DNA of 28,201 bases, from contig JBGAGQ010000077.1 of NCBI GenBank assembly GCA_044226625.1, positions 1 to 28,201 on the forward strand, read 5' to 3'. The notes beneath the pieces are model-generated. The model was given only the letters and a program-made list of their open reading frames with translations. It made no database searches and was not told where the DNA came from. Position 1 is the first letter of the stretch. Each line of letters starts with the position of its first letter. Made by a program: the position numbers and the translations under genes. This document shows, piece after piece, positions 1 to 8,669 of this stretch. Origin of the DNA: Thermoanaerobaculia bacterium. Lineage in GTDB: Bacteria; Acidobacteriota; Thermoanaerobaculia; Multivoradales; UBA5704.

Positions 1-1
1 A

Positions 2-301
2 GCCCCCCTCCTGGCCTCCCCCCGCAAGCGGAGGGAGGGACGCTGCGCCAAGAGGTCGTGGAAGGCCGAGCACGCTGGTCGGAGCATGACGCTCCGGAGA
101 AGCTTCCTCCCCCGCTTGCGGGGGAGGACCGAGGTGGGGGCGATTCGCAATGCGTCAAAAGCCCCCCTCCTGGCCTCCCCCCGCAAGCGGAGGGAGGGAC
201 GCTGCGCCAAGAGGTCGTGGAAGGCCGAGTGCGCTCGTCGAAGGATCGATCCTCCGGAGGAGCTTCCTCCCCCGCTTGCGGGGGAGGACCGAGGTGGGGG
301 C
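2..301. repeat. REP-like palindromic doublet array, left block (2 units, ~159-160 bp period; may continue left of the window)
   Basis: Element L GCCCCCCTCCTGGCCTCCCCCCGCAAGCGGAGGGAGGGAC at 2-41 and 161-200. Element R CTTCCTCCCCCGCTTGCGGGGGAGGACCGAGGTGGGGGC at 103-141 and 263-301. R is an imperfect inverted copy of L, and each contains its own hairpin. Confidence 0.92.
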
Positions 302-307
302 GCCACC

Positions 308-682
308 TCATCGCCTACCCTCCGCCCCAAGCTCGGCAAACACGCCGTCGATCCTCTCCAACACACCGTTCAGGTTCCCAAGCACTTCCGTGTTCCAAAA
401 CCGCAGCACCCGAAATCCCTCCGCTTCAAGGTAACGATCCCGCACCCGATCCGCCTCGCTCTCGGCGTGCTGCCCGCCGTCGACCTCGATGATCACCTTC
501 GGGCTGAAGCAGAGGAAGTCCACGATGTACGTGCCGAGAGGAACCTGGCGCCGAATTCGAACGCCGAGGCGCCGGTGACGTAGCTCACGCCAAAGGCGCA
601 GCTCGGCGTCGGTTGCGTTCTTGCGCAGCTTGCGCGCACGGGACATGAGGACAGGGGATCTGTGTCCGCAGGGTTGGGTCAT
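308..682 (-). CDS. DUF559 / Vsr-like (PD-(D/E)XK) endonuclease domain protein
   Basis: C-terminal part of ORF 308..1255: RARKLRKNATDAELRLWRELR...RRQVPLGTYIVDFLC...IIEVDGGQH...DRVRDRYLEAEGFRVLRFWN, the DUF559 signature. Start is ATG 682 or ATG 646; the upstream ORF part is translated repeat DNA. Confidence 0.9.
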   Translation of the reverse strand: MTQPCGHRSPVLMSRARKLRKNATDAELRLWRELRHRRLGVRIRRQVPLGTYIVDFLCFSPKVIIEVDGGQHAESEADRVRDRYLEAEGFRVLRFWNTEVLGNLNGVLERIDGVFAELGAEGRR

Positions 683-728
683 GCAACTAAGGACGTAAAG
701 CGGGGGCGACAACTCGATATTGGCTGAG

Positions 729-1114
729 GCCCCCCTCCTGGCCTCCCCCCGCAAGCGGAGGGAGGGACGCTTCGCCGAAAGGGGCTTGGTTGTTGGAGTG
801 ATTAGGCCGCTGCGCTGAGCGTCTTGAGAAGTCCGAGCGGGCTGGTCGAAGGGCCGACCCTCCGCAGGAACTTCCTCCCCCGTTTGCGGGGGAGGACCGA
901 GGTGGGGGCGTTTCCGCGATGCGTGAAAAGCCCCCCTCCTGACCTCCCCCCGCAAGCGGAGGGAGGGACGCTTCTCCCAGAGGTCGAGGAAGGCCGAGCA
1001 CGCTGGTCGGAGCATCGATCCTCCGAAGGAACTTCCTCCCCCGCTCGCGGGGGAGGACCGAGGTGGGGGCGCTTCCGCGATGCGTAAAGGCCCCCCTCCT
1101 CGCCTCCCGCCGCA
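729..1114. repeat. REP-like palindromic doublet array, right block (2 units plus a partial)
   Basis: L copies at 729-768 and 930-969, decayed L at ~1090-1114, R copies at 871-909 and 1032-1070. The spacer of the 930-1070 unit resembles the left-block spacers (GAAGGCCGAGCACGCTGGTCGGAGCAT). Confidence 0.9.
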
Positions 1115-1202
1115 GAAAGCTGTGGAAGAGCGAACCGCATCGCCCGTGCATCCTCCGCGGGCGTTGGTATCCTCCAGCCTCCACCGAGCCCGGAGCAGCG
1201 CC

Positions 1203-2441
1203 ATGACCCTAAGCAACCGCCCCTCGCACCCGAAAATCGGCGCCGTCTTCGGCACTCACGACGAGAACACCCTGAAGCAGCTCGAAGGCGTCTCCGCTCG
1301 CGCCGAGAAGGTCGCGCTGATGGCGGACGGGCATCTCGGCTACGTGATGCCGATCGGCGGAGTCGCGGCCTACAACAATCAGGTCTCGGTCGTGGGGGTG
1401 GGATTCGACATCGCGTGCGGCAACTGTGCGATCCGTACCGATTTGATGGCAGAGCGATTCGAGCGGCGCGACCTCACGCGGTTCGCGGACGAGATCGCGG
1501 CGCAGATCTCGTTCGGCGTCGGCCGGAAGAACCGGTCCGACGACGCGCCGGTCGATCATCCTCTGTTCGAAGACCCGGCGTGGGAGGGGGTTCCCGCGAA
1601 CCATCGCGGCAACCTCCGGGAGAAGGCGCGGGCGCAGCTCGGCACGGTGGGGAGCGGCAATCATTACGTGGACATCCTGGTGGACGACGACGGATTTCTC
1701 TGGGTGGGCGTCCACTTCGGATCGCGCGGCTTCGGGCATACGGTCGCCTCGGGGTTCCTGGCGATCGGGGCGGGCGAAAAATGGGGGACTCGCGTCAACG
1801 AGACCGAGGTGCTGTTCGACCTCGATTCCCCCGCGGGCGACGCCTACTACCCCTTGATGGAGCTCGCCGGCCGTTACGCCTACGCCGGCCGGGAGTGGGT
1901 GGCGCGCAAGGTGGTCGGAATCCTCGGCGGCGAGGAGACCGACCGGGTCCACAACCACCACAACTTCGCCTGGCGGGAGATCCACCAGGGCGAGGAACGG
2001 ATCGTAGTGCGCAAGGGGGCGACCCCGGCGTTTCCGGGGCAGCGGGGATTCGTCGGCGGCAGCATGGGCGACGACTCGGTAATCCTCTCCGGACGGACGA
2101 GCGACGATCCGGAGGTGCGGGCGCTCCAGGAAGATTCCCTCTACTCGACCGTCCACGGCGCCGGACGTGTGATGTCGCGCACGCAGGCGGCGGGCAAGCG
2201 GAATCGCAAGACCGGCGAGGTGATCCGCCCGGGTCTGGTGACGCCGCGGATGATGGCCGACTGGCTGGAGGAAAAAGGGGTGATCCTGCGCGGCGGCGGG
2301 CTCGACGAATCGCCGCACGCCTATCGCCGGCTGGGCGAGGTGCTCGCCGCGCAAGGCCCCACGATCGAGGTCGAAACGACGCTCCGGCCGCTGATCGTCG
2401 CGATGGCCGGCGCCGACGAATTCGATCCCTACAAGGACTGA
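1203..2441 (+). CDS. rtcB: RtcB family RNA ligase (3'-phosphate/2',3'-cyclic phosphate to 5'-OH)
   Basis: Motifs MADGHLGYVMPIGG, GFDIACGN, QLGTVGSGNHY, HFGSRGFG, HNHHN, RKGATPA, HGAGR, DESPHAYR. ATG 1203 preferred because the ORF start at 1080 lies in repeat DNA. TGgTATCCT extended -10-like site at 1165-1173. Confidence 0.95.
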   Translation: MTLSNRPSHPKIGAVFGTHDENTLKQLEGVSARAEKVALMADGHLGYVMPIGGVAAYNNQVSVVGVGFDIACGNCAIRTDLMAERFERRDLTRFADEIAAQISFGVGRKNRSDDAPVDHPLFEDPAWEGVPANHRGNLREKARAQLGTVGSGNHYVDILVDDDGFLWVGVHFGSRGFGHTVASGFLAIGAGEKWGTRVNETEVLFDLDSPAGDAYYPLMELAGRYAYAGREWVARKVVGILGGEETDRVHNHHNFAWREIHQGEERIVVRKGATPAFPGQRGFVGGSMGDDSVILSGRTSDDPEVRALQEDSLYSTVHGAGRVMSRTQAAGKRNRKTGEVIRPGLVTPRMMADWLEEKGVILRGGGLDESPHAYRRLGEVLAAQGPTIEVETTLRPLIVAMAGADEFDPYKD

Positions 2442-2645
2442 ACCGGGGCTCCGCCTCGACGGGGCCGGCGTCGGTCCTGGGCCCGGCCGACGCCGTCCCA
2501 GGATCGTCCGGGCGCCGTCCCGCCACGGGCTCCGGCGCCGGGCGATTCTGGTACCATCGCCTCAGGTTTTCTGCCGTCCACCACCTGAGCGCGGTCCCGC
2601 CCCACGTTTGAAACGGGCGGCGGGAGCCATTCGAGGAGGCCCTGT

Positions 2646-5390
2646 ATGTTGAGGTTGTCGCGACACCGTAGGACCTTGGCACGCTTCGCAGCCGCCCTGC
2701 TGCTCGTCGTGGGCGCCGGAGGCACCCTGTTCGCGCAGGGCAAGACCACCAGCGCGCTCAACGGCCGCATCGTCGGAGAGGACGGCGCCGCGCTGCCCGG
2801 CGTGACCGTCGAGATCTCGAGCCCCGCCCTGATCGGCGGCGCCCGGGTCGTCACGACCGACAACGACGGACGGTTCCGCTTCCCCGAGATCGCCCCCGGA
2901 ACCTACACCGTCTCGGCCGCGCTCGACGGCTTTCAGAGCGTGCGCCGCGAAGGGGTCGTCCTCGCGCTCGGCCGGACGACCGAGCTGCCGATCAAGCTCG
3001 GCTTGAAGGCGCTCGAAGAAACGCTGGTCGTCGTGGGCGAGGCGCCGACGATCGACGTCCAGAGCTCGGAGACGAGCACCAACCTTCCCGCGACGTACCT
3101 CGAGAACATCCCGGCCAGCCGCTTCCAGGTCGACGTGATCAACCTGGCGCCCGGGATCAACAACGACTCGGCGTTCGGCGGCGGCGGCTCCTCGGCCAAC
3201 GCTTACCAGCTCGACGGCGTCGACGTTTCGGACCCGGAGGGCGGCACCGCCTGGGCGTTCGTCAACTTCAACATCGTCGAGGAGGCGCAGCTGGTCGGCC
3301 TGGGCGCCCCGGCCGAGTACGGCGGCTTCACCGGCGTGGTGTTCAACAGCGTCACGAAGAGCGGCGGAAACAAGGTCAAGGGAAGCTTCGAGACCTACTT
3401 CACCAACGATTCGCTCACCGGGAACAACTCGGACATCGCGGGCATCGCCCCGACGACCAAGAAGTCGTACGACACCAACCTGCAGTGGGGCGGTCCGCTC
3501 AAGAAGGACAAGCTCTGGTACTTCCTTTCGGGCCAGTACGTCGCCGACGACACGACCGACGGCGGGCCCTTGCGCACCGAGCGCGATCCGCGCGTCTTCG
3601 GCAAACTGTCGTACGCGCCGAGCGAGTCGCTGAGCATCGACGCGTGGACCGAATGGGACCGCTTCGACGTTACGGGCCGCGGCGGCGACGCCGTCACCCC
3701 GCTCGAAGCGACGGTGACCGAGGACGCGCCCGAGTACGTCTGGAACGCCTCTGCGCGCAAGGTGCTCTCGTCGGACACGATCCTGTCGTTCGCCTACGGC
3801 GGCTTCACCGGCTACTACTACCTCGATCCGAACGAGGGGTACGACATCCCGGGCCGCCTCGACGCCCAAACCGGCCTGTACTCGGCCAACTCGCTGTTTT
3901 TCTTCCTCGCCGATCGCGACCGCCAGCAGGCGAACGCCTCGATCAGCCACCACGCCTCCGACTTCATCAAGGGCGACCACGACTTCAAGTTCGGCATGGA
4001 GATCGAGCGATCCACGGTACGCAACCGCTACGGCTATCCGACCGGCGTCTGGTTCTACGACAACTACTACACGGCCGACGATCCGGGCACCGAAGCCTAC
4101 GATCCGGTCCCGTATTCGATCGGCTATTACGGCGGCAACTACGACGTCCACGCGACGAACAAGCGGCTGTCGGCCTACGCGCAGGACACCTGGCGGATCG
4201 GACCGAACCTGACGATCAACCCGGGCGTCCGCATCGACCTGAACCGCGGCGACGTGAGCAACGGCGAGGTCTTCTCGACCAATCCGATCGCGCCGCGCCT
4301 CGGCATCGCCTGGGACGTCGCCGGCAACGGCAAGAACCTGATCAAGGCGCACTACGGCCGGTATTACGAGGCGCTGTTCGGCTCCTATTACTACTGGGTC
4401 GACCCGAACGCGTTCCACGGCGTCGAGCAGCGGCGCGTCTTCCCGAGCGGCTACAACGATCTCTTCGGTGAAACCGCGGGGGCGAGGTACGCGATCGACA
4501 AGAACCTCAAACACCCCTATCTCGATCAGTTCCTGCTCGGCTACGACCGCGAGCTCCGGCCCGGGCTCACGCTCTCGACCTCGCTGGTCTATCGAGAGAA
4601 CAAGAACTTCATCGAGACGGTGAGCCGCGACGGGGTGTTCGAGCCGGTGACCGGATTCGTCGGCGTACGCGACCCGGCGACCGGCCGGCGCGTCAGCACG
4701 GGGCAGCAGGTGACGCTCTACAACTACCTGAACGCGGCCGACGACGTGTTGATCGTCACCAACCCCAAGGGGCTCGAACGGACCTACAAGGGGGCGACGA
4801 TCACGCTCACCCGCCGGCTGCGCGACAACTGGCAGATGCTCGCGTCCTACGTCTACTCGAAGTCCGAAGGGACGATCGACAACGTGAGCTTCTCGAGCTC
4901 CGGAGGCGGCAACGGAGGTCCCGGCTCGTTCCTCGACACGCCGAACTCGCTGGTCAACGCCAAGGGTCACCTCACCAACGACAACACCCACCAGGTGAAG
5001 ATCCAGGGCACCTACCAGATTCCGAAATGGAATCTGTCGCTCTCGGGCAACTACACCTACCTGACGGGAACCTCCTACACCCTGCGGAGCAACTGCCTGC
5101 TGCTCGATCCGAACTCGAACAGCTGCTTCCGTTTCGAGCAGGGCGCAATTCGCTTCTTCGGCGAGGCGCGCGGCAGCCGGCGCTTGCCGGCGCGCAACGA
5201 GGTCGACCTGCGGGCCGAGTGGCAGCCCAAGATCGGCGGCGACCGCCTCGGCATCATCCTCGACGTCTTCAACGCGACCAACCAGGGCCGCCCGGAGACG
5301 ATCGAGACCCGCGACGGCTCGACCTTCGGCGATCCCCTCACCTACAACGCCCCCCGGCAGTACCGGCTCGGCTTCCGGTACGTCTTCTAG
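2646..5390 (+). CDS. TonB-dependent outer-membrane receptor, Oar/OmpA-related type with N-terminal carboxypeptidase-regulatory-like domain
   Basis: Signal peptide (LLLVVGAGGTLFAQ), GAALPGVTV..TDNDGRFRF...PGTYTV domain, plug (NAYQLDGVD, AEYGGFTG), GGPLKKDKLWYF, AYAQDTW, PRLGIAWD, C-terminal PRQYRLGFRYVF. RBS GAGGAGG at 2633-2639. Confidence 0.93.
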   Translation: MLRLSRHRRTLARFAAALLLVVGAGGTLFAQGKTTSALNGRIVGEDGAALPGVTVEISSPALIGGARVVTTDNDGRFRFPEIAPGTYTVSAALDGFQSVRREGVVLALGRTTELPIKLGLKALEETLVVVGEAPTIDVQSSETSTNLPATYLENIPASRFQVDVINLAPGINNDSAFGGGGSSANAYQLDGVDVSDPEGGTAWAFVNFNIVEEAQLVGLGAPAEYGGFTGVVFNSVTKSGGNKVKGSFETYFTNDSLTGNNSDIAGIAPTTKKSYDTNLQWGGPLKKDKLWYFLSGQYVADDTTDGGPLRTERDPRVFGKLSYAPSESLSIDAWTEWDRFDVTGRGGDAVTPLEATVTEDAPEYVWNASARKVLSSDTILSFAYGGFTGYYYLDPNEGYDIPGRLDAQTGLYSANSLFFFLADRDRQQANASISHHASDFIKGDHDFKFGMEIERSTVRNRYGYPTGVWFYDNYYTADDPGTEAYDPVPYSIGYYGGNYDVHATNKRLSAYAQDTWRIGPNLTINPGVRIDLNRGDVSNGEVFSTNPIAPRLGIAWDVAGNGKNLIKAHYGRYYEALFGSYYYWVDPNAFHGVEQRRVFPSGYNDLFGETAGARYAIDKNLKHPYLDQFLLGYDRELRPGLTLSTSLVYRENKNFIETVSRDGVFEPVTGFVGVRDPATGRRVSTGQQVTLYNYLNAADDVLIVTNPKGLERTYKGATITLTRRLRDNWQMLASYVYSKSEGTIDNVSFSSSGGGNGGPGSFLDTPNSLVNAKGHLTNDNTHQVKIQGTYQIPKWNLSLSGNYTYLTGTSYTLRSNCLLLDPNSNSCFRFEQGAIRFFGEARGSRRLPARNEVDLRAEWQPKIGGDRLGIILDVFNATNQGRPETIETRDGSTFGDPLTYNAPRQYRLGFRYVF

Positions 5391-5401
5391 GGTTGGCCCC
5401 C

Positions 5402-5438
5402 GGCCCCTCCCCGCTTCGCCCGCGGGAGGGGCCTTCCT
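5402..5438 (+). terminator. GC-rich hairpin, probable terminator of the receptor gene
   Basis: GGCCCCTCCCCGC-TTCGCCC-GCGGGAGGGGCC about 11 nt after the stop; the U tail is weak. Confidence 0.5.
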
Positions 5439-5467
5439 CACCGGATCGCGTTACAATCTCCCTCGAA

Positions 5468-5842
5468 ATGGCTCGATCCTCGAACGTCTCGAAACCCGAG
5501 AAAAGCGCGAGAGCGAGAACGCAGCCCGCGCCGCGGCCAGCAAAGTCGGAGGCCAACTCTCGTGACCTCGCGGCCGAAGTGGACGCCGCGTATCGCGATC
5601 TCGGCAAGCTCTCCCGGTCTCCCGCGTCGCCGAAGCGGGACCGCGAGGTCTTACGGGCGTTCCATCGCCTGCGCGCGCTTCAGCATCTCGAAGCCGAGCG
5701 GTTCCAGAAGCAGTTCGAAGCCAGCCTGCGGATGCCTCTTCACGCCGGAGCGAAGATCCTCGAACGATCTCGAACCTTGAGGAAAAAGCTTGAGGATCTT
5801 GCCGCCGCAGACGCTTCCCCCGCGAAAGCCGCTTCTGCGTAG
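5468..5842 (+). CDS. hypothetical 124-aa basic, alpha-helical protein; overlaps the HNH gene
   Basis: ATG 5468 in frame with ORF 5027..5842; protein-like helical segment (DLAAEVDAAYRDL...EVLRAFHRLRALQHLEAERFQKQFEASL). TACAAT -10-like hexamer at 5452-5457. Confidence 0.6.
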   Translation: MARSSNVSKPEKSARARTQPAPRPAKSEANSRDLAAEVDAAYRDLGKLSRSPASPKRDREVLRAFHRLRALQHLEAERFQKQFEASLRMPLHAGAKILERSRTLRKKLEDLAAADASPAKAASA

Positions 5843-6554
5843 ACACGCTCCTCGACCCTCGCGAGCGTGGACCGTCTATCGCTCGTGTTTGCGGTGGGAC
5901 TTCGGATTCACCTGCGCATTCTGTCTGCTTCACGAGGCGGACCTCTACGGCGGCCGGCCGGGCGAGGGCCTCGGCGGTATGACGGTCGAGCACCGCGTGC
6001 CGAGGAGCGAGCAACCGAGTCTCCGAGGGCGCTACGCCAACTGTCTGCTGGCGTGCCGCTTCTGCAATCAAGCGCGCGGAGCGCTCGGCGTTCGAACCGG
6101 CCGCAAGCGCCTCCTGGACCCGACCCGAGATTCGTGGTCGGACCACTTCGAGCGGTTCGGCGATCGCCTACGCCCTCGGGTCGCCGGTGGGAATGCCGAG
6201 CACACGCACGCAACCTACGACCTCGACGATCCGCGAAAGGTCGTCCGACGCCGGCTGCGAAGGGAGCTGATCTCCGACCGCCTGGACCTTCTAGCGGGGA
6301 TCGGCCTGGAGCTAGATCGCTTGCTGCGGCTCGCCGAAAAGCTTCGGAAGCGCAATCCGGCGGCCTTTTTCGCCGCCCTCCGGGAGGTGGCGCGAATCCG
6401 ATCCGACGCATTGCGCGCCCTCGAGGATCTCCGTCTGTTCGCCGCCATTCCTTCCGATAAGCCGAGTTCCTGCCGATGCGCCTCGGCGAAGCATCATCGC
6501 CTCCCCACAGCCCTTTCGGAGCAGACGATTCCCATGCCCATCTTGGGCATCTGA
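5790..6554 (+). CDS. HNH endonuclease family protein
   Basis: YRSCLRWDFGFTCAFC ... TVEHRVP ... YANCLLACRFCNQ ... LLDP...WSDHF, i.e. the CxxC-H-N-CxxCN zinc/HNH pattern. TTG start preceded by GAGGAAA. Confidence 0.85.
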   Translation: MRILPPQTLPPRKPLLRRHAPRPSRAWTVYRSCLRWDFGFTCAFCLLHEADLYGGRPGEGLGGMTVEHRVPRSEQPSLRGRYANCLLACRFCNQARGALGVRTGRKRLLDPTRDSWSDHFERFGDRLRPRVAGGNAEHTHATYDLDDPRKVVRRRLRRELISDRLDLLAGIGLELDRLLRLAEKLRKRNPAAFFAALREVARIRSDALRALEDLRLFAAIPSDKPSSCRCASAKHHRLPTALSEQTIPMPILGI

Positions 6555-6555
6555 C

Positions 6556-7695
6556 TCAGGTCGTTTCCGAGCAGTGCGCGGCCCGAACCGTAAGCTCCTC
6601 GATCCGGTCGAGGTCGACGTCCACGCCGAGACCGGGGCGTTCGAGGGGGACTCGGACGCGGCCTTGCTCGTCCATGGTCCATTCAGGGCGGACGATGTCG
6701 CGCGACCAGTAGCGCTCGGAGGGGGAGACGTCGCCCGGGATGGTGTAGCCGGGCAGGGCGGCGAGGGCGACGTTTACGGCCCGTCCGATGCCCGATTCGA
6801 GCATTCCTCCGCACCAGACCGGCACGCCGTGGGCGCGGCAGAAGTCGTGGATCGCGAGCGCCGAGGCGATGCCTCCGACCCTTCCTACTTTGATGTTGAC
6901 GATCCGCCCGGCGTCGAGCGCCACCATGTCCTCGGCGCGGTCGAGGCAGGTGATCGACTCGTCGAGGCAGATGGGGGTGCGCAGGCGCTTCTGGAGCTCG
7001 GCGTGGCGCAGCAGGTCGTCGTGGGCGAGCGGCTGCTCGATCATCATCAAGCCGAAGGCGTCGAGCGCTGCGAGGCGATCGAAATCGGCGCGGCCGTAGG
7101 CGTTGTTCGCGTCGGCCATGAGCGGCGCGTCGGCGCCGAGCGCTTCGCGCACCGCGGCGAGATAGTCGAGGTCCTCCCCCGGGCCGATCTTCACCTTGAT
7201 CCGGCGGTAGCCGCGCGCCAACGCGGCCGAAGCCTTCTCGGCGAGCGCCGCGGGGCTCCCCTGGATGCCGAGCGAGATGCCGACCTCGATCTCCTGCCGC
7301 GCGGTACCGCGCCCTTCGCACAGGAGCGCCGCGAGCGGCAGGCCTCGGCGTTGCGCCTCGAGGTCCCAGCAGGCGACCTCGGCCGCTCCCTTGGCCATCG
7401 AGTGGCCGCGAAAGTTGTGCTCGAGGATCGGCAGGACCTCCTCCGGCCCCGACAGCTCGCGCCCGAGCAGCCGCGGCGCGATCCACTCCTGGAGCGCGAG
7501 CCAGGCGGTCTCGATCGTCTCCGAGCTGTAGTTCGGCTCCTCCCCCGCCGTGCACTCGCCCCAGCCGACGCGCCCTTCCTCGTCCGTCGCGGCGACGAGG
7601 AGGATCCGGCGGAGCGATTGGACGCCCGAGGAGATGCGGAACGGCTCTTTGAGCGGCATCCGGATCTCGCGGAGGTGGAGGGAGGCAATGCGCAT
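6556..7695 (-). CDS. menC: o-succinylbenzoate synthase / N-succinylamino acid racemase (NSAR/OSBS, enolase superfamily)
   Basis: KxK motif (IKVKI), metal ligands DANN, EQP, DES, then NIKVGRVGG, WCGGMLESGIG, PGDVSPSERYW. RBS (AGGAG on the minus strand) upstream. Confidence 0.92.
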   Translation of the reverse strand: MRIASLHLREIRMPLKEPFRISSGVQSLRRILLVAATDEEGRVGWGECTAGEEPNYSSETIETAWLALQEWIAPRLLGRELSGPEEVLPILEHNFRGHSMAKGAAEVACWDLEAQRRGLPLAALLCEGRGTARQEIEVGISLGIQGSPAALAEKASAALARGYRRIKVKIGPGEDLDYLAAVREALGADAPLMADANNAYGRADFDRLAALDAFGLMMIEQPLAHDDLLRHAELQKRLRTPICLDESITCLDRAEDMVALDAGRIVNIKVGRVGGIASALAIHDFCRAHGVPVWCGGMLESGIGRAVNVALAALPGYTIPGDVSPSERYWSRDIVRPEWTMDEQGRVRVPLERPGLGVDVDLDRIEELTVRAAHCSETT

Positions 7696-7756
7696 GGGCG
7701 GGCTCCTATCCCGAATCCCTATCCTGAGTCTCGATTGGAATCGCTGGTTGGAATCG

Positions 7757-8593
7757 CTAACTTGAGGTTCGAGCGAGCCCGTAATAACGCCGCTCGCCGT
7801 CCGAGAGGAGCGTCTCCGCCCGATATCCCGCGGCCAGGTAGAACTGGAACGCGCGGCGGGTCGAGGCGCGAAACGCGACGGCGCGGTCGAGGTCGACGGC
7901 CTTGAGATCTTGGACCGAGCGCGGGGCCTCGACCCGGACGAACGGCGCCTCGGGAAGCGGCGCGTCCAGGTCCTCCGGGGCCACGATCGGCGATCCGGCG
8001 AAGCGGTTCGGAGACTCCGGAGCCCTCGCGGCGGCAGCCCTCACCGCGCGCTCGGAAGTGAGCTCCCAACGCACGATGAAGCGATCGGTGCCGATCCCCT
8101 CGGCGAGGTCCGAGCCCTCTTCCCCGGCGTACATCTCCTCGACGTAGCTCTCGATGCCCGCCCCGAGCCGATCGAGGTTCAGGTGAGCGTTGCGCGTCTC
8201 CAGCGGGTCGAACGTCCAGCGGACGATGTCGACCCCGTTCGCGAGCAGCAGCTCCCGCTGGTGCCGTTTGAGGCGAACCCCGAGACCCCGGTCGCGCGCG
8301 TCGGCGACGACCGCGAGCATGTGCGACCAGTGCGCCGGGCGGCCGGCGACCACCCCGGAGAGGCCGAACAGGAAACCGAGCATCCGGCCGGCAGGGTCGA
8401 ACGCCCCGAGGGCGAGGCCGCCGACCTTCTGGCTCACCTTGAGCAGGCTCGCGGGGACCAGGTCGCTGAAATGCGCACCCCAGGTCGCGCGTTGAAGCTC
8501 GACACAGGCATGGAAATCGTCCACCGATTCCATGGGGCGGAGGACGATCCCGTCATCCCCAGATGACGAGGTCTTCGAATCCGATTCGGACAT
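7757..8593 (-). CDS. GNAT acyltransferase, probable succinyl-CoA:D-amino acid N-succinyltransferase type
   Basis: HWSHMLAV...RDRGLGVRLKRHQRE...WTFDPLETRNAHLN..RLGA....Y...MY.....TDRF, the family typically encoded upstream of NSAR/OSBS genes. Start ATG 8593 assumed. Confidence 0.85.
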   Translation of the reverse strand: MSESDSKTSSSGDDGIVLRPMESVDDFHACVELQRATWGAHFSDLVPASLLKVSQKVGGLALGAFDPAGRMLGFLFGLSGVVAGRPAHWSHMLAVVADARDRGLGVRLKRHQRELLLANGVDIVRWTFDPLETRNAHLNLDRLGAGIESYVEEMYAGEEGSDLAEGIGTDRFIVRWELTSERAVRAAAARAPESPNRFAGSPIVAPEDLDAPLPEAPFVRVEAPRSVQDLKAVDLDRAVAFRASTRRAFQFYLAAGYRAETLLSDGERRYYGLARTSS

Positions 8594-8669
8594 TGGCGAC
8601 AATCCTGACACACCCGGACGGGGCCGCCCCACTCCCCCCGGCCGTCGAACGAGACCGCGGTTCGTCCCC

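Noticed and set aside
1-1114. Repeat array as a CRISPR array
   Set aside because: Elements alternate in orientation, spacers resemble each other and vary from ~20 to ~100 bp, and there are no cas genes.
58-1255. ORFs 58..492, 86..583, 150..434, 687..1184, 802..1140 and the N-terminal 190 aa of 308..1255
   Set aside because: Translations of GC-rich repeat DNA (PPLAGE-type peptides) or antisense to DUF559.
2442-2645. Riboswitch (e.g. cobalamin) upstream of the TonB receptor
   Set aside because: Only GC-rich hairpins and an extended -10-like TGgTACCAT are visible; no B12-box or other conserved aptamer motif recognised.
2562-5441. 959-aa minus-strand ORF; likewise 10815..13535 (+), 24329..27061 (+) and 24603..27965 (-)
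   Set aside because: Shadow ORFs overlapping genes with clear family motifs; expected in high-GC DNA and lacking recognisable domains.
7735-7759. TTGGAATCGCT direct repeat between GNAT and menC
   Set aside because: Only two 11-bp copies inside a probable operon; insufficient support for a regulatory site.
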